From positions 1 to 59,185 of IMG/VR virus record IMGVR_UViG_3300044513_001810: a DNA stretch of 59,185 nucleotides; one strand, 5' to 3'. Shown here piece after piece: positions 1 through 7,447 of this stretch (its first letter is position 1; the number at the start of each line of letters is the position of its first letter). A model generated the notes under the pieces. The model did not search any database and had not been told where the DNA came from. It saw only the letters and a list, made by a program, of their open reading frames with translations. Source of the stretch: a virus. Taxonomy: Duplodnaviria; Caudoviricetes. The position numbers and the translations under genes are program-made.

Positions 1-242
1 GTTTGGATTGGCTCATATGTGTATTCTGATGTAGCGCAAGAGGCTACGAGTAAGGCTACAGCAATAAATGCAATAACCTTTTTCATGATGTTAAGTTAAT
101 GTAAAGCGGCCGGACTACCAAATTATCCGGCTACACGAGCGTTGAACTGCTCCCACAGTTTGTCGCCTTCCTTGCCTAAACTGTAGGCTACTTTACGAAT
201 TTCATCATATCTATGTGACCAGCGATTGTATACCCGGCTGTC
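1..242 (+). repeat. Terminal direct repeat, left copy
   Basis: Matches 58944-59185 except at positions 110 (C/T) and 115 (C/A). Confidence 0.97.
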
Positions 243-455
243 GTCAGAGTATCTATATGTATAGTCAAATCCTCTGATGAGGTCTAAAAACTCATCAACA
301 GTCGCGTCTTCGTATACATCAATCCAGGTACGGCGATACAGATACTTGTTGATTACCTCGTAATACTCTTCGGTAGTTATCTTATCTGTAGTAAAATCTT
401 TCTGTGCTTGCTCCACCTCTGGTATTAGGCAGATTCTTTTGGTTGGTCTACTCAT
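123..455 (-). CDS. Hypothetical protein (110 aa, MSRPTKR...)
   Basis: ORF; start moved to the ATG at 455, right after the upstream small ORF stop. Confidence 0.75.
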   Translation of the reverse strand: MSRPTKRICLIPEVEQAQKDFTTDKITTEEYYEVINKYLYRRTWIDVYEDATVDEFLDLIRGFDYTYRYSDDSRVYNRWSHRYDEIRKVAYSLGKEGDKLWEQFNARVAG

Positions 456-456
456 A

Positions 457-558
457 TTATTTGTCTTTATCGTGGCCCCATTTGAATACTGTGTATATAA
501 AGTAGAAGCCCACAATAGCCCACATTATCATGAAGGCCAGTAACGGAAAGTCTATCAT
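457..558 (-). CDS. Small membrane peptide (33 aa, MIDFPLLAFMIMWAIVGFYFIYTVFKWGHDKDK)
   Basis: Hand-translated; starts at the ATGA overlap of the junction repeat; single hydrophobic segment; not in the ORF track. Confidence 0.6.
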   Translation of the reverse strand: MIDFPLLAFMIMWAIVGFYFIYTVFKWGHDKDK

Positions 559-782
559 TTCTCTTTGGTGTTAAAGGTTTCTTCAAATTCTGCTTTGATG
601 TAGTTCTCATTGAATGCATCGTGGTTAAACCTAAATGCAAACTCACACATCGTCTCTTTCTCTTTCTCAAGTAGTGATTCTGCTAACTCCACTATCTGTT
701 CAAGCCACATAAATGGTTGCACATCTTCATCTTCTTGTCTCTTTCTGATTACAGAAATCAACTCTTGCATTGGTGTTTTCAT
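555..782 (-). CDS. Hypothetical protein, MKTPMQELI family
   Basis: Paralogue of 988-1200; ends in FNTKEK, encoded by the junction repeat. Confidence 0.8.
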   Translation of the reverse strand: MKTPMQELISVIRKRQEDEDVQPFMWLEQIVELAESLLEKEKETMCEFAFRFNHDAFNENYIKAEFEETFNTKEK

Positions 783-985
783 TTCTCTTCATTGTTAAGT
801 GCTTCATACCGATTCTCCAGCTCATCAATCTCCCACAATGGAACTTCCTTAATATCCTCCACATTAGCGTAGTATGGAAGTGCCTTGTATCCCATTGGCT
901 CAACTATGATTGTGCCTTCTCGGTTGTTGTCCTTTTGGAACTCGCTAACTTCAGCAAGTACCCAAACCAATGTTCCTTGTTTCAT
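779..985 (-). CDS. Hypothetical protein
   Basis: ORF starting at a junction-repeat ATG and ATGA-coupled to the downstream gene. Confidence 0.75.
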   Translation of the reverse strand: MKQGTLVWVLAEVSEFQKDNNREGTIIVEPMGYKALPYYANVEDIKEVPLWEIDELENRYEALNNEEK

Positions 986-987
986 TT

Positions 988-1200
988 CTATTTGGTGTTA
1001 AATTGTTTGTCGTACCATTTAGGAATCTCCGAAAGCGGTTCATCTCCGAATTTATAGGCGAAGTCAACCATTGCTTCTTTCTCTTTCTCAAGCATTGCTT
1101 GTTCATTTTCAAGCAACATATCTATTGCGAATGCCAATCCGTACTCGTCCTTTTTTGACGATTTCAATTGGTCAATCAACTCTTGCATCGGTGTTTTCAT
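988..1200 (-). CDS. Hypothetical protein, MKTPMQELI family
   Basis: Paralogue of 555-782 (MKTPMQELI...LEKEKE.M..FA..F...FNTK). Confidence 0.8.
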   Translation of the reverse strand: MKTPMQELIDQLKSSKKDEYGLAFAIDMLLENEQAMLEKEKEAMVDFAYKFGDEPLSEIPKWYDKQFNTK

Positions 1201-1212
1201 TTCTCTTTGGTG

Positions 1213-1809
1213 TTAAAGGTTTCTATTTCTTGCCCTCTGTTTTAGTTGAGACTTGGTGTTCAGTTTAATTGATTCACCAGTCAACGCAAGGACGATTGCT
1301 TTTAGTGTGGATAGCGTTGCCTTGTCTGTCAATTCAACATCTCTAATAGTGGTTCTATGTACGCCAGACAATTCAGCAAGTTCCTCTTGTGTTAACCCAC
1401 ACGCTAACCTTCTCCTTCTTATTGTTCTACCAGCAAAAGAAAGTGCTGATGACAATTTATGGAAAGACAAATCATCTTCTTCTGTGTATGGGTCATTTAC
1501 AATGGCTGGTAGACTTTTTTTGTTTAATAGGTCTGGATTTCTACTTGCGTATTTATTAATCCATTTAACCTCAAGTGCTGGTAGGTCGTTAACATCTTCA
1601 GCCTCATCAAGCAACACTACATTAACTTGAATCCAATTGTCATTCATATCCTTAATCCAATCATTAACCTCCTTTGAGTGGCTATTACCAAGCAAATGGT
1701 TTAATGGACGAGACTTACCTACAGACGACTTGCCTACATAATAAACCAAATCGTTTCTACTGTCGGCAAGACCATATATAATGTTTTTCATATTTGTGTC
1801 TGTAGTCAT
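1213..1809 (-). CDS. GIY-YIG-like nuclease domain fused to an XRE-type HTH
   Basis: N-terminal IIYGL...YYVGKS; C-terminal IRRRRLACGLTQEELAELSGVHRTTIRDVE. Confidence 0.75.
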   Translation of the reverse strand: MTTDTNMKNIIYGLADSRNDLVYYVGKSSVGKSRPLNHLLGNSHSKEVNDWIKDMNDNWIQVNVVLLDEAEDVNDLPALEVKWINKYASRNPDLLNKKSLPAIVNDPYTEEDDLSFHKLSSALSFAGRTIRRRRLACGLTQEELAELSGVHRTTIRDVELTDKATLSTLKAIVLALTGESIKLNTKSQLKQRARNRNL

Positions 1810-1924
1810 TTGATTTCTTCTTTTAGTTGTTTAACGCTGTGTGCCTTTAATGGTGGGACTTCCCATCATCTCATTTGATTTATTGCGTATTGCGATTTGA
1901 GATATTTTACACTTTGAGTGCTTT

Positions 1925-2137
1925 TCATTTTACACTTTGTACACTTCGGTGTAAGTTTTCTATTTCACAATCTGGATAGGTGCAGTTGTTGTTTAGTCTG
2001 CAACTTTCACCTTCTCTTTTGATGTGCTTACACTTTTCTGTTTTCTCAAGCGTGTCCTTCAGTATCACATTCCAAGCCCACTTGTCCTTGTCAGCGTTCC
2101 AAAGTTTCTCATACATCTCCAGTAGTATCTCTCTCAT
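1925..2137 (-). CDS. Hypothetical protein, Cys-rich C-terminus
   Basis: Starts at a junction-repeat ATG; CKH...C...C...C. Confidence 0.65.
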   Translation of the reverse strand: MREILLEMYEKLWNADKDKWAWNVILKDTLEKTEKCKHIKREGESCRLNNNCTYPDCEIENLHRSVQSVK

Positions 2138-2304
2138 TTCTCTTTGGTGTTAAAGGTTTTGTCAGGTTATAACCCGACTCAACTCGATTTCCGTGAGGTT
2201 ATACCCTTACTTTTTTCATTTCTCTTTATGATTAGTAGTATCGTAATATATGTAAAATACTACTGCGCCATAAAACAAAAGGCATAAGGCAAAAGTCAAG
2301 GTGT

Positions 2305-2451
2305 TCATATAAATCCGTTTTTAAAATAATTCTGTAGAGTCTTGGTGGTGATTCCCAGTGCATCCGCAGCCTCTTGCTGGGTAGCGTATCTCTTTAGCGC
2401 AATCTTTATGTAGCGCATTTTTGCTCGGTGCAAGTTCAAATCCTCCTTCAT
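2305..2451 (-). CDS. Fis-like HTH protein (48 aa)
   Basis: IKIALKRYATQQEAADALGITTKTLQNY fits an HTH_8/Fis pattern; ATG lies just downstream of a promoter motif. Confidence 0.65.
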   Translation of the reverse strand: MKEDLNLHRAKMRYIKIALKRYATQQEAADALGITTKTLQNYFKNGFI

Positions 2452-2455
2452 ATAG

Positions 2456-2488
2456 GCTAATATAGTAATTATATGTAACTTATGCAAA
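2456..2488 (-). promoter_or_regulatory. Bacteroidota-type promoter, repeated motif copy 1
   Basis: Minus strand TTTG-N20-TATATTAG; shares a 21 bp core with 3159-3179 and 58041-58061. Confidence 0.6.
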
Positions 2489-2989
2489 TAAAAGCAAAGG
2501 AAATAACTTGTCGTTGGTAATCTCGTACAATGGAGCCTCAATCTTCAGTTCCGTACCATCGTCACGGGTACGCACACTCCCAGCCTCAAAGAAATCTCCA
2601 TCTCGCAAAAGGCGTAGTTTAGTCGTAAATCCACACAGCCACAATATGCCAGTGCGTTTATTTATAGAACAGAATATCAGAACATCACACGGTAGGTCTT
2701 TCTGGTAGCCTACAAAGTTGTTGGCATAATGTGGTTTGGGGTCTACACTACGCGTCATCGTCTTTACATCTATACGCGTATTGTCGTGCAGTATATCATA
2801 CCCACCGTCAAATCCTGGCGTGAACGAGTATTCATAACCGAGTGCATGGCGCACCATGTTTTCGCCAATCACTCCGGCATATTGTTGTTCTTTGGTTCCG
2901 TTAAAAGAATGACGCTTGCCCATGTCGTTTTCATTAACGAACTCCCAGGCTTTGCGCTTTAGGTCTTCCGGTATACGCTTACTCTGCAT
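2480..2989 (-). CDS. Putative PD-(D/E)xK nuclease-fold protein
   Basis: GE...GFDGGYD...IDVKT motif arrangement. Confidence 0.6.
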   Translation of the reverse strand: MQSKRIPEDLKRKAWEFVNENDMGKRHSFNGTKEQQYAGVIGENMVRHALGYEYSFTPGFDGGYDILHDNTRIDVKTMTRSVDPKPHYANNFVGYQKDLPCDVLIFCSINKRTGILWLCGFTTKLRLLRDGDFFEAGSVRTRDDGTELKIEAPLYEITNDKLFPLLLFA

Positions 2990-3140
2990 CGTAACCTACG
3001 CTCAATGTCCATTTTAACCAGACAAACTCAACTGACTTCCTCGTCACTTGCTTATCGTACAAAACGAACACGGTAGGAATCAAGCAGAACGCACCATACA
3101 AATACAGAACCTGGATGGTAAATGTTACTCCTTTCATCAT
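2979..3140 (-). CDS. Small hypothetical protein (53 aa, MMKGVTFTIQVLYLYGAFCLIPTVFV...)
   Basis: Hand-translated ORF between a promoter motif and the next gene. Confidence 0.55.
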   Translation of the reverse strand: MMKGVTFTIQVLYLYGAFCLIPTVFVLYDKQVTRKSVEFVWLKWTLSVGYDAE

Positions 3141-3155
3141 CGTTTAATTATCGTA

Positions 3156-3186
3156 GTGAATATAGTAATTATTTGTAACAATCAAA
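3156..3186 (-). promoter_or_regulatory. Promoter, repeated motif copy 2
   Basis: Minus strand TTTG...GTTACAAATAATTACTATATTCA. Confidence 0.5.
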
Positions 3187-3202
3187 ACACTAATGTAAAG
3201 AT

Positions 3203-3229
3203 AAAAAGAAAACCCCACCGAAGTGGGGC
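3203..3229 (-). terminator. Rho-independent terminator
   Basis: Minus strand CCCCAC-TTCG-GTGGGG followed by TTTTCTTTTT. Confidence 0.85.
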
Positions 3230-3285
3230 TTCTAACCAAACCAAAATCACACTAATGCCGTATGTGTGACCCGATAAAGATAATA

Positions 3286-3723
3286 CTATACCCAAGTTTT
3301 CACAACAGAATAGTCATATTCTTCTTTCATCGCTTTCTTGTAGTGTCGTTCTACATGCATCACGATATAGTCGCCCAGCGGTGTAAGCACATATTTACTG
3401 GCTTTACCGATTTTAGACTTCGGAATAATCTTCTCTACTACACCTTGCTTCTCCAACTTGTGTATATACTGGTAGATAATTTGTTTACTGTAGTCAACCC
3501 GTATAAAACGCAACAGATGGGACAGTTCAGCAGCCATAAAGTGTGGGAGCGGATGGTCTTCAACTTCTCTTTGTAAGATGATTTCATGAGCGCACAAGAC
3601 AACAGTTACCAATTCTCTACGCATACGCAAGTCGTCAAACGCAAAATTATCGGCGGCCTCTTTTATTGCCTTGTGAAACATGAGATACTCTCTTACCATT
3701 ACATCTTCCGCATTTCCCGTCAC
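3286..3723 (-). CDS. Winged-helix (MarR-like) DNA-binding protein
   Basis: SKQIIYQYIHKLEKQGVVEK...YVLTPLG winged-helix pattern. Confidence 0.6.
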   Translation of the reverse strand: MTGNAEDVMVREYLMFHKAIKEAADNFAFDDLRMRRELVTVVLCAHEIILQREVEDHPLPHFMAAELSHLLRFIRVDYSKQIIYQYIHKLEKQGVVEKIIPKSKIGKASKYVLTPLGDYIVMHVERHYKKAMKEEYDYSVVKTWV

Positions 3724-3871
3724 ACTCTTTAGGCTCTACTTCGCACCATCGCACTTGCAGTCTTTCCCTTGACAAACGCATTTTTCTTTTGCAGAGGCTG
3801 GGTGGTTACTAAAATAATCAAAATATCTGGCATTGTGGTGACGCTTCACCGTTTCAATCACTCTCTGTGAA

Positions 3872-3973
3872 TTAACTGCCACACGCTTCACAGTCTTCGG
3901 GGTTTAGAATGTTGCATGTGGGTTGTTCAGTTGTTTCAAGGTCTTCTACCCAGGAGTTGAAATCATCAGCCAT
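3872..3973 (-). CDS. 33-aa acidic peptide ending CNILNPEDCEACGS, resembling the ribonucleotide reductase alpha C-terminal tail
   Basis: Hand-translated MADDFNSWVEDLETTEQPTCNILNPEDCEACGS; not in the ORF track. Confidence 0.7.
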   Translation of the reverse strand: MADDFNSWVEDLETTEQPTCNILNPEDCEACGS

Positions 3974-4047
3974 ACCTTCAGATTTTAAAAAATTAGACAA
4001 AAAAAGCATGCCGTGGCATGCCGAAATAAAATACTACCAGTGGTTAA

Positions 4048-4338
4048 TTAATGACGGATGAATGCCGGTGTGTGTGGTCCGGCGTATGCGTTGACTACAT
4101 TGTACTCCATATGCTCAATAGCATCGTCAATACTAACATCTTCATCTTCATCGCCGCCCATAGTTCGGTATAGGACATCTACACATTTCCAATAGTCGTA
4201 AGCAAGGTAGGGTACTTCATTTACTCTATGAACCACACCCAGAAAAGCCTCGTCAAAACCATCGGCAATCAGTATAGGGTACTCGTCCCCATACATCTCG
4301 TATACAATATCCTCAATATCCTCTCTCGTCATTGTCAT
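4048..4338 (-). CDS. Conserved phage hypothetical protein
   Basis: ADGFDEAFLG...AYD...EHMEYNV..AYAG..TP motif familiar from phage proteins; start moved to MTMTRED. Confidence 0.7.
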   Translation of the reverse strand: MTMTREDIEDIVYEMYGDEYPILIADGFDEAFLGVVHRVNEVPYLAYDYWKCVDVLYRTMGGDEDEDVSIDDAIEHMEYNVVNAYAGPHTPAFIRH

Positions 4339-4383
4339 AACCTTAATCAAAAATATAAAAAGCAATCGGTGAACGAGCAATCA

Positions 4384-4860
4384 TTAGAGGTTTATTTTGC
4401 GGATAAATCCGGCATCCTCCTCCAGGGTTTTGTATAGTGGTGGTATCCAGCCTTTTGCATTGTCATCTCCAAATCCGGAGTTTCCAACAACCTTAAAATC
4501 GCCGGTTTCGCAGAATTTGCACAGCACCTCGCGTGTGTAAACATACGCGGTATTCTCCTCCTCCTTCTTCATGATGTAGACATAGTAGTCTGCCTTACTC
4601 ATATATATACCGGATGGGGCCTTCTTTTTTGTATTATGAAATTCTATGTAGAGATTGGGCTGGTTTGGCGTTTTTCTGCGCTCCGCCCACCAGTAGGCTT
4701 TGCTGTCGTACTTAACCTCAAAGGTTAGTTCGCGCTCCTCACTGTTGGCCTTGATGTCCCAGTCGTAAAACCGCATATCCGGCGCATAGGTGACAGACCA
4801 TCCTCTACCCTCCAGGTAGTTGGCCCATAGTTGTTCGCCTATTTTGCCGGACATATTCAT
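4384..4860 (-). CDS. Putative PD-(D/E)xK endonuclease
   Basis: GKIGE...YDWD...FEVKYD...NLYIE...SGI..SKAD. Confidence 0.65.
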   Translation of the reverse strand: MNMSGKIGEQLWANYLEGRGWSVTYAPDMRFYDWDIKANSEERELTFEVKYDSKAYWWAERRKTPNQPNLYIEFHNTKKKAPSGIYMSKADYYVYIMKKEEENTAYVYTREVLCKFCETGDFKVVGNSGFGDDNAKGWIPPLYKTLEEDAGFIRKINL

Positions 4861-4872
4861 GCCGGCGGTATG

Positions 4873-5496
4873 CTATTCAAATTGTGACAGTGCGCTCTCA
4901 TCTAATACAGCCGTTAGGTCGCGTTGGTGCATGGTGTAAAACACCTCGCCCTCCACCTCATTCTCAAACTTTGAGTTTTTGGTGAACAACACATACTCGC
5001 CCACGGCTACATCAAGGGTCGGCTGGTCCTTTTCGGGGATGCCAATATGCCTCAATTTACCAATGTCCCAAGAAGTATTTTGCTTATATGCTTCCGGTAC
5101 GATGAAACTCCCAAAACGGGACTCCTTCTCTACCGGCTCTACAAATACCCAGCCGCCATTCATATGTAATACCCCATCTCGCTTATATGCGAAGATGTTG
5201 AAATACTCTACCTGGTAGTACTCCTTACCCTCATGCCACACCAGGTTATCCGGCGCAATAGTCAGATAGTGGAAATACACCTCGTCACCGACCTCCAACT
5301 CCATCTCCAATGTAGCATTGGCATAATGGCTTGGTGTCAGTAACCCAGGAACGGCCTCCACGATACCCTTAATAGATACATGGTGGGTCGGATTGTAGGA
5401 GGTGTCCAGGTAAAGTACCTTTCCCCCTTGAATTTCAATCTGGTTGTTATACTTTTGTGGTGCGCTGATAAGAACTATATCGCGAGCAGTCTTCAT
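4873..5496 (-). CDS. GroES-like co-chaperonin with two tandem GroES-like units
   Basis: LEVGDEVYF and VFVEP...IVPE...VAVGEYVLF...EVEGE motifs. Confidence 0.7.
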   Translation of the reverse strand: MKTARDIVLISAPQKYNNQIEIQGGKVLYLDTSYNPTHHVSIKGIVEAVPGLLTPSHYANATLEMELEVGDEVYFHYLTIAPDNLVWHEGKEYYQVEYFNIFAYKRDGVLHMNGGWVFVEPVEKESRFGSFIVPEAYKQNTSWDIGKLRHIGIPEKDQPTLDVAVGEYVLFTKNSKFENEVEGEVFYTMHQRDLTAVLDESALSQFE

Positions 5497-5757
5497 GTGG
5501 TTGCTTTTGTTGGTCCACTAATATATAATTTATTTATTAACCATTGGTCCAAAACGCTTGATTCTTTGAATTTTTTTTTCTAACTTCGCTATAGCCTATT
5601 AAGGCAATGTAGTTCTTCGGGCAAGCCCAAACAACATACCATTAGGTTTAAAAAAAACATAACTACCCGTCAAATTGTTAGTAACTACAAACAATTAGCC
5701 GTTTAGGTTATGCCGGACGAAAGTTAGGTGACGGGATTTTCAATATGGGCGAACTGT

Positions 5758-5784
5758 ATCCACTCCATCCGGGTGGATTTTTTT
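5758..5784 (+). terminator. Putative terminator
   Basis: ATCCACTC-catc-CGGGTGGAT hairpin followed by a T-tract. Confidence 0.55.
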
Positions 5785-6453
5785 ATACCCAATTGGCATC
5801 TATAGGCCCTTACCATCACACCCCTCTTACCACTCCGTTACCCCGTTCCGGGGAGGGCCATCTGTACCCGTAATTTTCTGGAGGACATATAGATACGGTG
5901 AGGGGGTAATACATATGTGTTGGTGCTGCTCCGTCCAGGAGGAAGTCAAAACCTGGAACCGGGTGGGGGTACATTTACGACATCACATATCGCATACCCA
6001 TGGATAGGGGACCCCCCACCCCCACAATGAGGAACTGGGGAAACCTTTTTGTCTACGCGAAGGCGTAGCAATTCCCTACACCCAGGACCACTTATCCCCA
6101 CCCCTCCACACCAGGGGGGAAAACCTTGACATGGTACACGCATGTGAATGATTAAATAATACGCGCGAGGTGGTCGGCGCATGAGCCGGAAGAGGTATGC
6201 TAATCGGCTCACTGGTTTACACTTTGAGGCCATTCTATTTTACACTTTGACGGACCGGTATGCGTTCCCTGGTACGCACCCTTCCCTTCGCCCTTTATAT
6301 GTACGCGCGCGCGCCTGGCGCACAGCGTTGTTGATAAGACCATGCGACAAATCACTGCACAAGTAAATTTTTTTTTCACTCTGCACACCGCATGAACACT
6401 GGGGTTCACGACAATCACCACCACCTCAACATAAATTTTTTTGTTGATAAGTG

Positions 6454-6483
6454 TTGACAATACGAAAACTATTCGTAGTATTG
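6454..6483 (+). promoter_or_regulatory. Early promoter (Bacteroidota sigma-type)
   Basis: TTG-N19-TAGTATTG matches the -33 TTG / -7 TAnnTTTG consensus with one mismatch. Confidence 0.7.
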
Positions 6484-6503
6484 TGATGTCGGAACGCGAC
6501 AAC

Positions 6504-6514
6504 GCTCTTTCACA
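6504..6514 (+). promoter_or_regulatory. boxA-like antitermination element
   Basis: GCTCTTTCACA versus boxA GCTCTTTAACA, about 20 nt downstream of the -7 box. Confidence 0.5.
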
Positions 6515-6516
6515 TT

Positions 6517-6630
6517 TCGGTTAACCCTCCCACGAGAACCAGTCCCCCGGTGCTGATGGTGTAAGCCCATGAACCCGGACGAAGTGAGTCACATTGCACA
6601 AGGCGATGTGCCGTCCCCGAAGTTAACCGA
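6517..6630 (+). ncRNA. Structured leader RNA of unknown class
   Basis: Closing stem TCGGTTAAC/GTTAACCGA; internal hairpins ATGG-TGTAAGC-CCAT and CACATTGC/GCGATGTG. Confidence 0.45.
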
Positions 6631-6650
6631 TACAGCAGATAGGTGATACC

Positions 6651-6709
6651 GCCACACTTGATGTGTACCATGTACGACATCGCAGAGGGTTCGCGACCCT
6701 CGTGTGGCT
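6651..6709 (+). ncRNA. tRNA-like element lacking a D-arm
   Basis: 7 bp acceptor GCCACAC/GTGTGGC, 5 bp T-stem GAGGG/CCCTC with TTCGCGA loop, and one internal hairpin GATGTGTAC/GTACGACATC. Confidence 0.65.
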
Positions 6710-6728
6710 CTAACCAATTTCAATTATC

Positions 6729-7064
6729 ATGAAATCAATCAATCCAACTGAAGATTACTTCAACCTTCACCGCAACGATGCAACCATCCTACGAGCCAGT
6801 GATGACTTCCGCAACGACCTCGGTCAGCGCATTACATTCTTCGAAGACCCAACACTTGGTGAGGATGCCCCAGTATGGGTTGCATTCCCCGATGACAAAG
6901 TCGCCTTCCGTTCAGACTTCTTCGACACCGAAGACATGACCGGAAAAATCCACAACATCATGACACCAGCCGAGGCTATCAAGTTAGGCTTGGATGGTAG
7001 CAGTGATTTGGATTATGTACCACGCTATGTGGACAGCAAGTTCTTCCTCAAGTTCGAGGAGTAG
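6729..7064 (+). CDS. Early hypothetical protein
   Basis: First ORF after the early promoter; acidic. Confidence 0.8.
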   Translation: MKSINPTEDYFNLHRNDATILRASDDFRNDLGQRITFFEDPTLGEDAPVWVAFPDDKVAFRSDFFDTEDMTGKIHNIMTPAEAIKLGLDGSSDLDYVPRYVDSKFFLKFEE

Positions 7065-7069
7065 TTCCC

Positions 7070-7125
7070 AGCACACTGATGAGGCCATGGGAGGCCGAAA
7101 CCGGACTACACATCCGGTATGTGTT
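7070..7125 (+). ncRNA. Hammerhead ribozyme, type I (HH1)
   Basis: Stem I AGCACA/TGTGTT, CTGATGA core, stem II GGCC/GGCC, GAAA, stem III CCGGA/TCCGG; GUA cleavage after 7119. Confidence 0.92.
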
Positions 7126-7160
7126 TAACCGGTCGCACTGCGACCACAATCTTATGTATC

Positions 7161-7364
7161 ATGCGTTTCATTCCAGCAACCGAAGACCAATTGTTTTCTC
7201 TATCATGTGTAAGCCGTAGAGGTGGTAGCCGTACCACTGCCGGTGCAAACTTCCAAGCCAAAGAGCGAGGCATCACTACCAAGGTCCGCAAGGCCACCCT
7301 TGAAATCAAGGAGAAGGTAGATGCCCAGTTCAGTAACACACGCCTCGTGTATGTGTGTGCATAG
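7161..7364 (+). CDS. Small basic hypothetical protein (67 aa) between HH1 and HH2
   Basis: ATG at 7161 after an AT-rich leader; HH2 begins 3 nt after the stop. Confidence 0.7.
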   Translation: MRFIPATEDQLFSLSCVSRRGGSRTTAGANFQAKERGITTKVRKATLEIKEKVDAQFSNTRLVYVCA

Positions 7365-7366
7365 CC

Positions 7367-7424
7367 AACACTCTGATGATGGACAAGGCAGTCCGAAACA
7401 TCCTCTACGGAGGGTGTCAGTGTT
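7367..7424 (+). ncRNA. Hammerhead ribozyme, type I (HH2)
   Basis: Stem I AACACT/AGTGTT, CTGATGA(T), stem II GGAC/GTCC, GAAA, stem III CATCCTC-TACG-GAGGGTG; GUC cleavage after 7418. Confidence 0.95.
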
Positions 7425-7447
7425 TAACAATTTCAACTACAACTATC

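Larger units (their letters stand above)
555..2227 (-). repeat. Dispersed gene-junction repeat AAACCTTTAACACCAAAGAGAAATGA
   Basis: Full 26 bp copies at 555-580, 1197-1222 and 2134-2159; variant or partial copies at 779-800, 982-1002 and 2216-2227. Confidence 0.9.

Noticed and set aside
274-300. Other CTGATGA occurrences (274, about 13035, 14122, 58904)
   Set aside because: Inside coding regions with no stem II-GAAA-stem III arrangement.
555-2227. CRISPR array interpretation of the junction repeats
   Set aside because: Spacing is irregular (about 80-940 bp), the spacers are genes, and no cas genes are seen.
5946-6502. ORFs in the divergence region
   Set aside because: Low-complexity, overlapping, atypical composition, and they run over promoter elements.
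6550-6590. Possible fourth hammerhead (CTGATGG...CGAAG)
   Set aside because: Core deviates at two conserved positions, and no consistent stem II or III can be built.
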